Below, one piece after another: positions 24,318 through 36,400 of a stretch of 63,843 nucleotides of DNA. The stretch lies in the NCBI GenBank assembly GCA_044892505.1, contig CM097884.1, positions 69,750,158 through 69,814,000 on the forward strand, written 5' to 3'. A program made the position numbers and the translations under genes. Position 1 is the first letter of the stretch; each line of letters begins with the position of its first letter. The notes beneath the pieces are model-generated. The model saw only the letters and a program-made list of their open reading frames with translations, did not search any database and was not told the origin of the DNA. This stretch comes from Schmidtea nova (lineage: Eukaryota).

Positions 24318-25213
24318 TGTTGGGGTTTGGTAGAAGTGACTCAGAAGTTAAATGAAAATTTAAAAAATTAAGTAGAAATTAATAAAAACACAGAAAACTA
24401 CAAATTAATTAAAATACAAAAACATTAATTAAAAAATTAAGAAAATTGAAAATCAACATATGGCGGGTAAATTGGTATGGGTGTATGCCGATTGATGAGA
24501 CGAATTCAAATATATAAAGATAAAATCGATGGGGGTCTCCAGAAAGAATTAATTAAAAAATGAAAATATTAATTAAGAATTAATTGGCTAATGGAAAGCC
24601 CGAGCTAACGTAAAACCCGAGCCAATGTAGAACCCGAGTGATGAGGAAAACTCGAACCAATGGAGAACCTGAGCGATGAGGAGAACCCGAAGTGACAAGT
24701 TAATTGCCTTGAAAATTAATGTTCCAGGCAGAAGGCAAATGTCAATTAGCATCTAAATTACCTCAGATTGTAAATTGGAATTTCAAGATTAAAAATTGAC
24801 GGTTTAATGGCCTTTAACGAGCAATTTACCATTTGAACGAAAGAAAACAAATAAATCAACTCTCAAAATTTTACATAAAAAGAGAGGTAAAATCAGAAAA
24901 AACGCCAGTTATGGTCGAAGCAAAAAGCGTCTTGAATCAAGGAAAGTGTGAAAAGTAAAAAGAGCAACGCGATCATTGATACTCTAATTTAAATTCATTT
25001 GTTAACACGCGCACCAGAAAGGGACATCTGCCGTTGGGAGACATATCCCTGCGCGTTTGTGAAAAGTCTAAAAAGCAGTTAAAAAATTTTTGTAAAGACA
25101 ATTATGCATTAGATTGATTATTAATAAAGGTTACTGTGTTGGGTCTTGCTCATTTATTTTAATAATAACTGACGAGTAAGATTAAACTGACTTAACCATT
25201 TAAATACCCAACA
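24318..25213 (+). mobile_element. Solo LTR (Gypsy-type)
   Basis: TGTTGGG...CCCAACA termini, 4-bp TSD AAAT. Confidence 0.82.
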
Positions 25214-25244
25214 AAATATATTTATTTCCAATCAACATGAAATT

Positions 25245-25379
25245 NNNNNNNNNNNNNNNNNNNNNNNNNNNNNNNNNNNNNNNNNNNNNNNNNNNNNNNN
25301 NNNNNNNNNNNNNNNNNNNNNNNNNNNNNNNNNNNNNNNNNNNNNNNNNNNNNNNNNNNNNNNNNNNNNNNNNNNNNNN
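25245..25379. other. Assembly gap
   Basis: Run of N. Confidence 1.
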
Positions 25380-25849
25380 TATTTGGGAAAAATATAAGGG
25401 CAACAAGTCACTCCAAGTACATTTTGAACGAAATCTCTCGATTTTAAAATAGATTTCGCAGGTTCTATAATTACTTAGGAATTTTCCCGTGGTGGTTCAT
25501 GGTATAGTGGTGTTATTTGTTTCTCTTTGAAATGGAGGTGGTAGTATTTAAAATCTTGAACCATTATCGAAGAGAAATTTTAGTGTGGTGTTTATCTATT
25601 CTGAAGTTAAAAGATTTTAAGTTAACATATACTAAAAATATTAGCAATTTTGAGTGGCAATTAAGAAAATGAAGGTAAATCAGATGGTAGAGGTAGCACG
25701 ATAATATGGTATAGTAATCTTCCATTGTCCACTGCCTTAGCAGATTGCGTTTACTCGTTTTTTGGTGCTTTAGCGCTTCTTTGATTGTTGTAATACTTTC
25801 ATCTTTCCTGGTGTGCAGAAGTTGGATCGCGATGTTTTGAATGATAGAT

Positions 25850-26430
25850 ATAAAATGGAAGGACAATGCTCGTTTTAGGTTTGTTTCTTCACTTGCATTC
25901 TATTTAATAATTAAAGGCTTGGTTGTGATTATTTTTTGAGATAGAAGGACAAATCTGTTGACCTTTTGTGAACTATTTTTTATCTTTTCTTTTTTGTGAA
26001 ATATCTGAGTTCAGAGAGATTTGTTTTAAATTCTCTGATTGCCTCGATTAAGATTTGTTGGTTATTGTTTACTGATGATAAAGTTGTGATCATTTGATTA
26101 GATGTCTACGACAATATTTCAAAGGTTTTATCGACTACCTTTGAAAATTGATTGAAGTCATCAGAGGTTGACACTACTATAATTGCTTGTGTTGATGGCA
26201 GAAATGTTGACAGAAAGAACTCTTTAAGGGTGTCATCTGTAGACTCGATCTTAAACTTTAATATTTTTATGTCTTATATTGCTTTGTCTAAAATTTCAGA
26301 TGAACTTTTAATTCTAAATTTTGTTCTTTGAAGAATCGTCTAAGTATTGGTAGGTGGATCTTCGCCAAATGAAAGTAGCATCTTTTTATGAGTCTCAAAA
26401 GGTGTTGAGTGTTCTAGATTTTTATACTTA
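25850..26430 (-). pseudogene. Degenerate Gypsy gag remnant
   Basis: TLKEFFLSTFLPSTQAIIVVSTSDDFNQFSKVVDKTFEI resembles the gag LRQLFLQRLP..QAILA..DDL..LA..ADKI pattern; many stops. Confidence 0.4.
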
Positions 26431-28092
26431 AATCTATTCACACTTTTGCTGTGACAATCATATAATTTATATATCATTTTATTAAATTAATTTTCTTTCA
26501 TTGTGATAAATAGTGTGTGCAATTATTAATGAAAATAAATAGAAAGTTAATTTATGAGATAATGTTGGGTTATTGGATTGTTGGTGAAATTGAAATTTAC
26601 TAATTAATTCTCTGACTCCAAGAGTGTTTATTTGATCAATAAAATAATAATTAACAACAGGAATCTTTATTGATATCAAAACTGGCTTCACAAATTACAC
26701 TGGTACTATAAATTTAAAAAAATTCAATAATAAGTGCTTATTACGACACTCGGTGAGGAATAGCACTCATGTACAATATCTCCGTCTACTGATTTAGATT
26801 CAACAATGCGTAACTGATAGTTGTTTTCTTGCTTTGACTTGGAAATTAACTTTTAAAATTTCGACTCTTATTCAATTAATTTCTCGGTTCGCTAAATTCA
26901 CTTCAATCTTCTCAAGTCTTTCTTTGATCCACTTTTTCTAATAATACTCCTTGATTCTTTTCAATTTCAATTTTCTTCGCAGATTTCCTTTTTGAATCTC
27001 ACACTTTGTCTTCTTTCTCGTCTACTGTTGTTTCTTCGATTTATAGTTGGTCAAAATTGTGGTCCTTGAGATAATTTTGTTTTTTATTTTTGCCTCTTGC
27101 ATTCTCCATAGCTTCTGTCATATTACTAACAGCTGTCGAGATATGTCATACTTCTCTTTTTTGTTATTCTGACATTTATTCCTGCAACCTGAAATCTCTG
27201 AAGAGCTGTCAAGATATGAACTTTCCTCTTGTTTTTGTTTTTCGATTTTGGTATTCCTTTTGCCTTTTTGTACTTCTTAATTTGGAGTGACCTTTTCTGG
27301 TTAATTGTTCGATTTATTTTATTTCGCTGCCATCTTCTCATTTTTAAATTTTTGCTCTTTCTTCCTCTTTCTCTGAATTTCAAAACATTACATCATTTAC
27401 CCTATCAATTTCCCCCCAATCACTTTAGTTATTTGTGATAATATTTAATTTATTTTTTAGATATCCTCAACAATAATAATGTTGAGGATACCTAAATAAT
27501 AAAATTAAATAACATCATAAATAAAATAAAATAATTAGGGGGGAACGATAGGATAAATCAGATGATCTTATGGAACTTGGAGAAGATGAAGGAAGAGCAA
27601 TAATTGAGAAATGAGAAAAAAATATCAAAATAAAAGATATCAAACAGCAAAGCAGGAAAAGGTCATTAATAATTAATAAGTACAAAAAAAGAAAGGAATT
27701 CCACAATTGGAAAACAAAAATAAGAATAAAATGTATATGTTGACAGCTTGTCAGAGATATCAGGAATACAGAAAAAAAGAGCGGAATAACAAAATGAGAA
27801 GAAACGGCATATCTTGACAGATGTCAGATATAATGTGATAGATACGAGAAAATGTGAAGTATACTGGAGGCAAAACGGGAAAAACAAAAGAGGAAAAAAC
27901 AAGAGCCAGAAAATAATGAGCTATAAAAGTATTGAGGATAGTATCCTCAGGATACCTAAATAATTAATAATATTATAAATAAATGGAATAACTTTAGAGA
28001 AAACCGATAGGGTGATTGAGATAGCATCCTGGAACTTGGAGAAGAAAACGGAAAAGTAACAAATTGAGAAATGAGGCAGGGGTAACAAAATA

Positions 28093-29454
28093 CAGGATAA
28101 ACCAATAGGTTTTGTCGGGTGAAACATGTATAAATTTCAAAATATCAAAAATGTCAATCATCTGTATCAAAGAGATGTTCAAAATATGCACCATTATGAA
28201 GGACACATCGGTGCCATCGATCAAGCAGTTTCCTGATTCCATCGGCCAAGAAGCTGCGTGGTTTACTGTGCAACCAAGCGTCCAGAACCTTTTGAATTTC
28301 ATCAACTCCGTTGAAATCTCTTCCACAAATCGCAGATTTCAAAGGGGAAAACAAATAAAAATCGGATGGTGTGAGGTCTGGGGAGTAAAGGGGATGTGGT
28401 AGAACAGTAAAACCAATGTCAGTAAGTTTTTGCACAAATTTGGCTGCCGTATGGGATCGTGCATTGTCGTGGAGATAGTGAATTTGATGAAACCCACCAC
28501 CAAGAAGATGACGTCGTTTTTGTGGCATTGCCATCACCAGACGTAACAGCTGTTCGCAGTAAACATCGGCAGTGATTGTAGTTCTCTGCGGCAGACTATC
28601 CATCATAATCACACCTTTACAGTCCCAAAAGACGGACATGAGATGTTTCCTGGGTGAGAGTGTGCGGCGAACTTCCACATCAGGGGCATCACCTGCGCCT
28701 CTCCACGAACGGTGGTGATAGGTTCCTCGTTGTTCCAATAGATTCAGACTTTGTCCATTGTAATGAGCTGACTGAGAAAATCATTAGCAGCATACTTGCA
28801 CAGCAGCTCTTTGCATATTTTCTCACGGTTGGCCATTTTTTGCTCGGACAACTTTTGTGGGACCCAGTGGTTGCACAGGTAACGCATGCCCATTGCAAGC
28901 AGGTGATTTTTAATTGTTTGCTGACAAACTCCAAGCTCCATGCTCATTCCACAGTACTGTTGTGCTCCTCCAAAAGAGCTAGAATTTTGTCGTCGATATC
29001 AAGAGAGGGGCTACCACATCGCTCTTTGTCTTCAACATCAAAGTTTCCTTCCTTGAAGTTTGCAACCCAGCGTCGACAAGTGCCCTCATTTATTGTGTCC
29101 ATCCCCAGTGTCAAATTTATTTCATTTGCAATCTAGGAAGGCACTAATCCACGTTTCCAATTGTTGTAGATTAACTTGTGGATATCCTCTCGTGCGAAAT
29201 TCATTTCAAATCAACGTATTCTAATGAAAACAAAAAGTATTTCAGTCAAACAAGAAATTTATCAAAAGTGCTTAATCCAAGTAAGATATATCAAAGTTAA
29301 TAGCAATGTTAAAAATTATTAATAAGTGATTTTTTTAAATTTTACAAATCTACAACATATATAGCATAGACGCACAAAGTTGCAGACCTATACGCTCATT
29401 ACAGCATTGGAAAGCTGAGTATGAGCACTGGACAAAACTTATTTGTTTATCCTG
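28093..29454 (-). mobile_element. mariner (DD34D) transposon, defective
   Basis: About 30-bp TIRs CAGGATAAAC(C/A)AATA(G/A)GTTTTGTC with TA TSD on both sides. Confidence 0.95.
28154..29204 (-). pseudogene. mariner transposase with stops and frameshifts
   Basis: HWVPQKL, ITMD, HDNARSH, YSPDLTPSDF; 34 residues between D2 and D3. Confidence 0.95.
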
Positions 29455-30781
29455 TATATGAAATAAAACAATAAAACAGAGAAAGGTCATTTATAATTAA
29501 TAAGTGCAAACAAACAAAAATGAATTCCAAAATTGGAAAACAAAAACAAAATCAGCATCTCGACAGTGGTCAGAGATAACACGGGAACTGAAAAACCTTT
29601 GGAAAGTGTCAGGGGCAAAAAGGGAAAAAACAAATTATCACGAGGTCCGAGCTGTCATGGGTAACACTGGAGCTGAAAAAGAAAACGGGAAATGTCAACA
29701 GAAGGAATGGAAAAATGAATTATCATGAGTGCCGGAGAATGGCGAATTATAAAAGAGAAAGACATCAGTTTTATGACAGAAGGTTTATGGCAAGTATTTG
29801 TGACAGAAATTCATTGAAACTTTTCGAGAGAAATTTATTGAGAAATTTATTGAGAAACATGTCGAGAGAAATTTGTGGAGAGAAATTTATTGAGAAAAGT
29901 TTATTGAGTCGAATTTCAAGACAAAGCAAGGAAAGCAATTAGTTGGTTACCCATTATTATATCTAAATCAGTAGCTAGTGATTGTTAGACGGATATTATT
30001 TCCGAGTGCTTTTCTTCACATAATTGTCGTAATAAGCACTGAATAATTGTTCCATACTAGTGATGAATTATACCAGTGTAATTATGAAACCAGTTGTGAT
30101 ATCGATAAAGATTCATGTTGTAATTGTTATTCTATTGATTAATAAAGCACGCATTTGGAATCAGAAATTTGATTGGTAAATTTAAAAATTTTCCGACAAC
30201 CCACTAACCCAACAAAAGGGAAAGCCAGAGTGGTTGAATCAGAAGTTTAGATTGAAAAACTTTAAAATGCAACTTGTATCGAAGAGAAAATTCTATTAGA
30301 GAAAAGAAATCAGCTTTGATAAATTAGAGTCACATTATTGGAAAACTTGTAATGAGAAGATAAAGTGAACGAAGCAAACAAAAATTAGAAAGAGTCAAAG
30401 TATATTGAATAAAATATTAGGTCAAAACACGAATACAACCAAAATCGATTGCTAATTTATTGAATCTAAATCAGTGGTCAATGATTGTTGTATTCTAGGT
30501 ATTATACATTTTTCTAAAGCCTTTTTTAAGTTTTTAATCGCTAAATATTAATCTAATGCCACCTAATAATAATGAGCAATTTTCAATTAATAGAGAATTT
30601 CTAAAAAAAATATTTACAGACATTTTCAAAATTTATTTTAAAATGCAAAATTTTTAAAAAGTTTTCTTTTTAAAATTATCACTTTTATTTTATTTAGAAC
30701 ATAAAATAAAATTTTGCTATTATTAACAAAATATGAGTTTTAATCTTTTGGATTTTAATTCCTAATTCTGTGAAAAGAATA

Positions 30782-31486
30782 CTAGTTGGTCGAGAGGGCT
30801 TTCAACGCAGCTTTTTGCAGAACCTTTGAGAAAGATTTAAACATTTGCTGAGGCACTGAGTAATGAATTCGTTCGGTAAAAACACCATAAAGTAATAAAG
30901 CGTTAAATGAATAGAAATTTTCAGAAAATATCAAAGTTTTCGTTCGCGGTAAAGAGTTGACAAAGTTTGAATTATAAGTAGGATCATCTGTGAAATAAAA
31001 GATCTCTCGGCGATTCTCGTAATTATATGAGGTCATATTCGAAGATGTTAAAGCTAGGAAAAAATTAAGCGTTTCTCTGAATTGTTGCATTAATACACGG
31101 TGAAACATGTTGGAATTCTTTTTCTGAAGAGAATAAATTAACATCGGAATCAGTTCATCTCGTAGCATGTCGTTGATCATTTGAAGATTTCCCAAGAGGC
31201 GAGCTTCCAAATTTACTCCCGGAATAATTAGTTGAACCATTTCCATTTCAAATGTATTTTTAATAGTTCTCAAATATGTTATGAATCGTTTGACATATGT
31301 ACTATGAGATACCCCGTCAATTATGACTTTTAGTTCTTTATTCTCGGTAAAGAACTTGTAGGATTTAATCGTGTGGGTTTGTGGCTTGGCATGGGATCGC
31401 TTAAGGCATGATTTTCCTGGTTGTTTCTGTAACGTTGTAGCGATTTCTAAATCAGGATCAACGCCTAAAATTAAATTCAGAAACAA
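30782..31486 (-). CDS. Orphan 234-aa ORF, probably the frameshifted C-terminal domain of 31458-32738
   Basis: Overlaps the upstream ORF by 29 nt at a T-run (AATTTTAGG); globular-looking composition; no recognised family. Confidence 0.5.
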   Translation of the reverse strand: MFLNLILGVDPDLEIATTLQKQPGKSCLKRSHAKPQTHTIKSYKFFTENKELKVIIDGVSHSTYVKRFITYLRTIKNTFEMEMVQLIIPGVNLEARLLGNLQMINDMLRDELIPMLIYSLQKKNSNMFHRVLMQQFRETLNFFLALTSSNMTSYNYENRREIFYFTDDPTYNSNFVNSLPRTKTLIFSENFYSFNALLLYGVFTERIHYSVPQQMFKSFSKVLQKAALKALSTN

Positions 31487-32738
31487 TTAAACGACGAATA
31501 ATGTTACCTGCTTCCCAATCTCGGTCCTCTGGAATGTATTCTTCTTGTTGAGTAACATTGGTAGGAAAGTACATTGTTTGGTCAAATATATCCTCTCTGG
31601 CGTCCTCAAATTCCAGCTCTTCTTCTTGTTCACCTGGATAATCTAAGTTTTCCGGTTGTTCGATCACTTGAACATCATTTTGCATTTGATCAGAAAACGT
31701 CGCGGGTTGTTGTTCAAGTGGGCATATTTGCTGGCTTTCATCTATATTCTGAATTGGATATTGGTCTTCTACGATGTTTTGAATTCCAAATTGGGTTTCG
31801 TTTACATTCGGGATTTCATACTGATTTTCATCAGTGAATTCAGTGGGTTGTGGAATATTTTCTTCAACCATCAAAGTTTCTAAAACCTTATCAGCTTTCT
31901 TTTTACCTTTTGAACTTGCTGCGGTTGCAACTTTCTTTCTTGTTTTGCGCTGAGGCTTTTCAGGAGCAGGTTCAATATTTTGAATGTCATACTGATGTTC
32001 ATCAGTATATTCAGTAACTGGTTGAACGTTATGGTCGCAGGTCACGTTTTCTAGATTTTCTGGTGGTATATCTTGTTTGGTTTTTCGAGTTCTTGTTGTT
32101 GCAGCTCTTTTTCTTGTTTTAGGTTCAAGTTCCGTAAACGTTTCTGGGGTTTTTACTCCTCTGATTCTCGCACTTCTTTTTAAGGTTTTTGAATCGGTGG
32201 GTTCTATTTCGTCTTTCATTAAATATTGTGCTGTTTGCTCAATATTTGGAGTCTCCTGATCTATTTTAGATCTTGATTTGCTACGCTTTGCAACAGTTGA
32301 AACGACTTCATTTTCAATATCACTTTGAGTTTGTGGCTTTTTTCTCGTACGTTTAACGGCAGTTGGTACAACTTCATTTTCAGTACCAGCTTGCGCTTTT
32401 GGTCTTCCTCTGGTACGTTTAACTGCAGGTGAAACAACTTCCTTTTCAGAATCGTTTTCAATTTTCGGTTTTGGTTTTGATTTACTAGCAGCTCTTGTTT
32501 TTTTCGTTTCAGCTCTAACTTCAGCACTAGCACTTGTAGAGGGTTCAGCATTAGCACTTGCAGAGGGTTGAGCTTCGTCACTTTTTGTTTTTTTACAGGC
32601 ACGAGGTTTTCTGTTATTAGCGTTTAAGTCGAAACATCTATATTTTTGAAAAATAACTGGATATTTTCTTTTAAAATCTTTGAAAATCTTTCTTCGTCTC
32701 GACGAGGTTGCAAAGGATTTCTTTTGTAAAATATGCAT
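31458..32738 (-). CDS. Orphan 426-aa low-complexity protein with basic repeats (RGRPK AT-hook-like) and Q/E-rich region
   Basis: 1.28 kb stop-free ORF in very AT-rich DNA; repeated EVV(S/P)xAVKR(T/S)R units. Confidence 0.65.
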   Translation of the reverse strand: MHILQKKSFATSSRRRKIFKDFKRKYPVIFQKYRCFDLNANNRKPRACKKTKSDEAQPSASANAEPSTSASAEVRAETKKTRAASKSKPKPKIENDSEKEVVSPAVKRTRGRPKAQAGTENEVVPTAVKRTRKKPQTQSDIENEVVSTVAKRSKSRSKIDQETPNIEQTAQYLMKDEIEPTDSKTLKRSARIRGVKTPETFTELEPKTRKRAATTRTRKTKQDIPPENLENVTCDHNVQPVTEYTDEHQYDIQNIEPAPEKPQRKTRKKVATAASSKGKKKADKVLETLMVEENIPQPTEFTDENQYEIPNVNETQFGIQNIVEDQYPIQNIDESQQICPLEQQPATFSDQMQNDVQVIEQPENLDYPGEQEEELEFEDAREDIFDQTMYFPTNVTQQEEYIPEDRDWEAGNIIRRLIVSEFNFRR

Positions 32739-32910
32739 TTACTTTATATCAGTTAGAATTGATATTAATTTAATAGGAAATTAATTAATCCATAAATTGG
32801 ATTGAAATTGTTTTAATATGGCCACTTACAGAGGCCTAGCATTGGAAACAGAGATGGGCATAATGTCTCCGCGCGCCGCAAACAACGGACACTAAAACTA
32901 ACAAGAAATA

Positions 32911-34300
32911 CCCTGGCCTACCAAAAGTCTCCAGTCAGGCAGTTATTTACATATTGCAGTTAATAATGAACAGCAATGGGAAAAAATATCACAAACACAC
33001 ACGAATTCTGAATGTCTGTAGTGCTGAGAGAGTTAGTACTTCGTTATATTACCTTTCATTTGGATAACAAGGCGCACTCGTTTAGGCATTGTATCGATCA
33101 CTTTTGCCAGGAAATCAGGGGAGATGTGTGACCATTCCTCATGCAGATGCGTTTCCAGTCGGAGGTGTTACGGGCAATGGGAATCCTTTTGCGAACTCGT
33201 TTACCAAGGATGTCCCACAGAAACTCAATAGGATTCAGACCAGGGCTTTGTGGAACCCAATCAAAAACGTTGATGCTGTGCTGCAGAAAGAATTCCTTCA
33301 TAATGTGTGAACTATGGATTGGTGCATTATCCTGTTGGAAAATGAGCCCCTCAATTTCTGAGAGAAAGGTACAAGCTCATTTTCCAAAATGGCATGGTAT
33401 TCCACTGACGTCATGTGATTGTTGCATTTCACTAGAGAGCCAGTTCCATGAGCTGAGAAACGACTCCAAAACATGATGAAGCCTCCTCCAAATTTCACAG
33501 TTACCTGAATGCATTCAGAGTGAAATCGTTCTCCTACACGACGCCAGCTGAATTGCTGTCCATCAGATTTGAAAAGAGTGAAACGTGATTCATCATTCCA
33601 AATGACTGAGCGTCATTGTTCTGCTTTCCAACTCCTTCTCTCCCGGCACCACTTCAAGCGACGACGATAAATTGCTTCTGTAATCAAAGGCTTCCTTGAG
33701 CAGTATCTGCCATAGAAACCATGAAAATATAGTGTGCGACGAATGGTGGACATGCTGACATGCATAAGGCCAGTGTTAAATGTGGACACTAACTTGTAAA
33801 AGGAAACCGACGATGAGCCACCCCAAGTCGTTTCAGCTGCCATTGTGTACTGGTGCTCAAAAGCTTAGGGTGGCTTGAACGTTGCTTGTTGACATGTGTC
33901 TGCTCCTGGCGGTACTTCCTCAGGAAGTAGTTAATAGTTCCTTTGGGATGACCAGTCAATGCAGCAGTTTCACTCTGAATTTTTCCACAAAGGTAACATC
34001 CGTAAATAATGCCTTTCTGAAAGTCTGTAAGCTCTCTCCGAGTAACCATATTCTAAGAAAATGACAATCCTTAATTAACATGACTAACTGTTATCACTGT
34101 TGTGTGTCTGGTGTGAGTAGTCATATTCTGTGTATGTCTGTGTATGAATGCGTGCGTGCGTGTGTATATGTGCGCATGCAGCATGTTGAAGGTGTTGGTG
34201 ACATTTGTCCCCATTGCTGTTCATATTTGCACTGCAGACGTTCATTATAAACTGCAAAATGTAAATAACTGCCTGACTGGAGAGTTTTGGTAGGCAGGGG
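32911..34300 (-). mobile_element. Tc1-like (DD34E) transposon, defective
   Basis: TIRs CCC(C)TG(G)CCTACCAAAA.TCTCCAGTCAGGCAG with TA flanks. Frameshifted transposase with DESRF, QQDNAPIH and SPGLNPIE (34 spacing). Confidence 0.93.
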
Positions 34301-34968
34301 TATATTTTTCTTTCAAAGAATCATGTTTTTTTTAATAAATAAAATCATAATAAAAGTGAAAAGTCAAGCTTCTCCAAACATCATTACTTGACTATCGGTT
34401 ATTAAAAACATAAATGCAAAGAAAACTCGTGTATGTACGCAGGGCGACGACAGGTTAATTAGAATAAAACTAGCTTTAAAATTTATTCTTAATTTAAATT
34501 ATTCATTCTACTTAAACTGAACTTTATATTTTAACGGTTATATGTGTGGTGGGTTGTTGACCGTCAATATGACCTTGACGTTGTTATGGCTCACATCAAA
34601 AACTCGATATACGAAACATTAGTTTAACCATCTTGTTGTCCATCACAATGTAACGTTGGTAATGCAACAAATGGGGGAATGTCCGCAAACAGTGAGCGTT
34701 AAAAGAAAATCGAAACTATGATTGACCTAACATCTCCTGGGTTCAAGGGCTACCGATAGAAGGTTTAATGCCCATTTTATCCCCTAACAGAATTTATTAT
34801 GTCATTTGTGTTCGATTATATGTAGGTGAAATTATTATAAGAGTTCTGCGTTTAATACTTATATTATATTCATTTTAATTACCATTAACTACTTTTATTA
34901 TAATACTTGATAATAAAGAAAAATCAATTTACATATGAGAAAATTATAATTTAATACGTTCAATGAAA

Positions 34969-35660
34969 TTATATGAAAAGAAAAATAACAAAAACTAAAT
35001 CACAATGTTGCGAGTCAAGTATTGTTAAATCAATGAATTCCATAGATGTTTTGCGAATCTTCCCCAGTACGCGGGCTTCTTGTCTTCGTTTTTGCCGTGC
35101 CCTGCTCCCTTTCTGGGCTTCCAGCGTTTCGGATTTTCGGGTTTTTGAATGACAGGCGGTTCCTCTTCTGCTCTTACCGGAAATAATTTGAGTGCTTGAA
35201 GGACCATTTTGGGCAGGATGGACGAGATGATGCCGCTCTCTGTTTGTAGTTTTGCGTTTATTGCATCCGTCTCTCGGACCATCATATTTCATGCCCTGAA
35301 CTGTACAGTATTTTCGGTGGCCTGTTGCTGTAATATTTGATTTTATCTTTTTAATTTATCTACATTTTCCTTGCTAGTCCATGTCGCCTCCATTGCGCGA
35401 CAGCGGGACCGAAATTTGTCCATTGGGATTGTCATTATTTTCTATGCCTCTGCATTCATATGCTTTTCCGCCTCCAGGTCTGTGAGACGGATGTCAACGT
35501 GCCGGTTTGCCGTGCGGTTTTGGCGGCCCTTCGCAATAATTCGTCTATTTTCTGTTCCATTTGCTAAAGTTATCAAAAAATATTTAAAAACATCTATCCT
35601 AACATTACATCAAACTGCGACATTCAATCAAAGTTTCTTTCCATCATTCAAACAACTTTA
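34969..35660 (-). pseudogene. Possible degenerate retrotransposon gag-like remnant
   Basis: GC-richer coding-like sequence with broken frames and a basic C-terminal segment; no intact motif. Confidence 0.25.
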
Positions 35661-35849
35661 ACTTTATTTTCATCATATATGGCAATTACACGATTAATAG
35701 TATAAAACGTTAATGAATGGAAATAAGGTAAACCAATGCTATAGGGTGTTATAAATAAAAAAAACGAAATAATATTGAAGGGTTATCGTCATTTTCAAGT
35801 TAATTTCCCGTCATCGAATGTTAATCGGTGTAAGTGGGTTGTAGATAGG

Positions 35850-36400
35850 ATATTGTTATTTGTAAGGGATGCATACTGTCGGGTGAGACGAGTAACTTAT
35901 TAATGGTTATCGATGAACGGATTCTGGATGAATTTTTGGATGTAGTATACTGTGCATTGGATGCTGATAAAAGGAACAAGGTTATTTGAATGTATGTGTG
36001 GATAGAGAATTTATCGTGTATAGTATTGGACGTGGATGTTGATTGTTGACTGAACTGATCGAATGAGTTTGTGAATAAGGATGGTGTGAGATATAAGTAA
36101 ATTATGTTAATGGATGTTGTGATATGCAAGTATTTATATTATGAAATGTTGTGATTTGCAATGAATCGTGACGTGGGATCCTCTAGCTGCGAGTTAATGA
36201 TTATTTATACTTCCATGGATTTAATAACAAATTTTAGTGTGGTGATTGCATTCAAGAGATGAAATAGAATGAAATGGGTAGTTTGATGATGGAAGTGATT
36301 GAGTGAGCTCCTGTGTGGATTTTCTGGGGGTAGAATGCCGATGGGTGTTAATGAATGAAATTATATAGTCTGTGTGTATTGGTAAATGAGTAGATTGTCT
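35850..36400 (-). pseudogene. Possible non-LTR retrotransposon APE endonuclease remnant
   Basis: A/C-rich minus strand; fragments LECNHHTK, SRFIANHNIS and NIIYLYLTPSL resemble the GDFNxHH, ..FI..HNL and SxIDLxLT segments. Confidence 0.35.

Larger units (their letters stand above)
27040..29760. repeat. Cluster of TGTTGAGGATA LTR-like repeats
   Basis: Minus copy ending at 27472 is head-to-head with a plus copy starting at 27480. A tandem copy from about 27930 is split by the mariner and resumes at 29457. A further copy lies at 40447-40589. Confidence 0.6.

Noticed and set aside
18989-34767. 17/18 match CTACCG(T/A)TAGAAGGTTTA at 18989-19006 and 34750-34767
   Set aside because: Flanks do not align convincingly, and such a match can occur by chance in 64 kb; needs a genome-wide alignment.
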